Below are positions 46,116 to 47,721 of a stretch of 47,721 nt of DNA, one piece after another (positions within the stretch are counted from its first letter, which is position 1; every line of letters starts with the position of its first letter). The notes beneath the pieces were generated by a model, which worked only from the letters and a program-made list of their open reading frames with translations, was not told the DNA's origin and ran no database searches. Both the position numbers and the translations under genes were made by a program. The stretch comes from Candidatus Rifleibacteriota bacterium (GTDB taxonomy: Bacteria; Muiribacteriota; Ozemobacteria; Ozemobacterales; Ozemobacteraceae). The DNA lies in the NCBI GenBank assembly GCA_051747585.1, contig JBNJGH010000012.1, forward strand, positions 1-47,721, read 5' to 3'.

Positions 46116-47720
46116 TTAATCTTTTAGTTCGGGGTCCAAATTTAGCTTGATTACACCCTCATCAATGATCTGAATACTTCTTCTTCTTGGAACAACCTCC
46201 AGGAGCAGCTCTTTGCTTTCGCCGGCGGCAAAAGTAATTTCTCCTTCTCCATTTTTTACTCGGTGATTTTCTGGAAGGTTGTGTTCATAAACTTTGTAGT
46301 GCCAGGTTCCTGGCTTCAGACTATCGAATTGAAATTCCCCGTAATTGTCTGAGGCGCGCCGCGTAGTCTTATTGGCCTGGGATAGTTCGACCAGAATATT
46401 CGCGAGGCCGGCTACAGGACTTTTTTCTAAACTTTGCCCGACGTCACCGGTCAAAATCGCATCCCCACTGGCGCTGGAAACTCCATGCCTGACCGAAGAG
46501 CTGACAAATCTGCCGTTAAGTTTTGCTCCTTTCAGCATTGCAATCTCGATTTTGCTGGTTTTCCCGCCCTTGATCATAATTTCTGCCGGCAGCTTAATTG
46601 AGCTGATTCGATTGAAACCGACAGATTCTCTTTCGATTGTCAGTGTGTGGGTGCCACAGGTCATGGCCGGAAAAACAAACTGCCCACTTTTATTGGTGAC
46701 TGCCGCTGTATTACCCATTATTACGATAATATCCGCAATACCGGGTTTATCTGGTAGTTCTCCATCGACTATTTTTCCGGAAAGATTTCCAATTTTGCTG
46801 TTTTTACCGATCGGAATATCGATGGGAATAGAATAACTTAATTCATAAAAAACCGGCCCATTTTCAGCAATCCATGAAACGTTGTTTCTAGCTTTGAAAA
46901 TGATTGAGGAATCGTTGGGTAGTTTGTATTCCAACCCGAAGTTACCCTGGGAATTTTGGCGGCGCACGCCTGAATAATTGTATTTTGAATACCAGAAACT
47001 GAGAGATAGTCGTTCTGAGGGGTGCCAACGGGAAGATATTCCAAGATTAGCAAAATCGCGAAGGACATAGGAGCCTGCCCGGCCGTTGTTTTTCGAAAAT
47101 CCTCCATAAACAGATAAGAAAAACCTGGCAGATGGCCTGAAAACTGCGAAATAACTATGACTGTCGTTCCAGGTTTCCTGCGCACTAACCAATTCGCTTC
47201 GTCGCCGGTGACGAACTTCCCAACGCAACTCGAAGCGTTTCCAGCGTTTCCCGAGGGTGGCCCGATAAGCCTTTTCGCTTATATCAAAATTTGCCGGAAT
47301 TAGTCGATCATAGCGATGCATGCGATCGAAGTCGAAGGAAAAATTAATTCCATGTCGCAATTGAAAGTTTAACCCAAACTGCCAAAGGTTTTCCTGAGGA
47401 GACGAGCCACGATGCTTGTCAAATTTCAGGTTATTTTCATATTGTGAATACCTGGCTCTGCCATTAACCCAGCTCAGAATTGGAAATTCGAGAGCCACAT
47501 AAGTATGATCCATATCTCTGACTGAACCGGCATAATCAGGCCCTGCATGTATTTTATCGAATGTAAGGCGAACTTTTTCTCGCAATTCGCTACTATACTG
47601 TATTCGATATGCATTGTCTTTCTGCGAATTTCCCGAGGTAAACCTGCTTTGGCCACCTTCAAACTTTAGACTTGAGCGCTCGTCAGGCACATATTCCGCC
47701 TCCAGACTGGTAATAATTTT
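46116..47720 (-). CDS. 5'-truncated outer-membrane beta-barrel protein with two C-terminal carboxypeptidase-regulatory/prealbumin-like domains (usher-like architecture)
   Basis: Frame open to the window edge; amphipathic strands ending YSIPIDIP; T...G.F.F..G motifs twice. Confidence 0.65.
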   Translation of the reverse strand, partial: KIITSLEAEYVPDERSSLKFEGGQSRFTSGNSQKDNAYRIQYSSELREKVRLTFDKIHAGPDYAGSVRDMDHTYVALEFPILSWVNGRARYSQYENNLKFDKHRGSSPQENLWQFGLNFQLRHGINFSFDFDRMHRYDRLIPANFDISEKAYRATLGKRWKRFELRWEVRHRRRSELVSAQETWNDSHSYFAVFRPSARFFLSVYGGFSKNNGRAGSYVLRDFANLGISSRWHPSERLSLSFWYSKYNYSGVRRQNSQGNFGLEYKLPNDSSIIFKARNNVSWIAENGPVFYELSYSIPIDIPIGKNSKIGNLSGKIVDGELPDKPGIADIIVIMGNTAAVTNKSGQFVFPAMTCGTHTLTIERESVGFNRISSIKLPAEIMIKGGKTSKIEIAMLKGAKLNGRFVSSSVRHGVSSASGDAILTGDVGQSLEKSPVAGLANILVELSQANKTTRRASDNYGEFQFDSLKPGTWHYKVYEHNLPENHRVKNGEGEITFAAGESKELLLEVVPRRRSIQIIDEGVIKLNLDPELKD

Positions 47721-47721
47721 G

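Overview
AT-rich bacterial chromosomal region, probably from a diderm candidate-phylum organism (Riflebacteria-like; inferred from gene style, not verified). It holds about 33 protein-coding genes, and I saw no rRNA, tRNA, CRISPR array or intact transposase. The left part has an Ste24/M48 peptidase, a cNMP-binding/CpaE-MinD-like fusion, comM, a TPR+CFI-box protein, an rlmI-nudix-buk-ptb operon and a secreted GH13/CBM20 amylase. The centre is the most unusual part, a divergent locus. On the minus strand it runs parB (no canonical parA), an MBL hydrolase, a 1196-aa protein with a degenerate MinD/ParA domain, a translationally coupled 1310-aa very basic unknown, PP2C, a coiled-coil protein and a 20-repeat Trp-ladder TPR. 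On the plus strand it runs TPR, a YjbH-like barrel, a variant HD-GYP, a probable inactivated DNA adenine methyltransferase, TPR, trpS, scpA, scpB, and M16 and M24 peptidases. The right part has an SLH-like protein, an MFS, two secreted proteins with pilin-head-like domains, a GC-rich orphan histidine kinase, an intergenic mosaic of palindromic repeats, an ABC-F ATPase and a truncated outer-membrane protein. All family calls come from motif recognition by eye.
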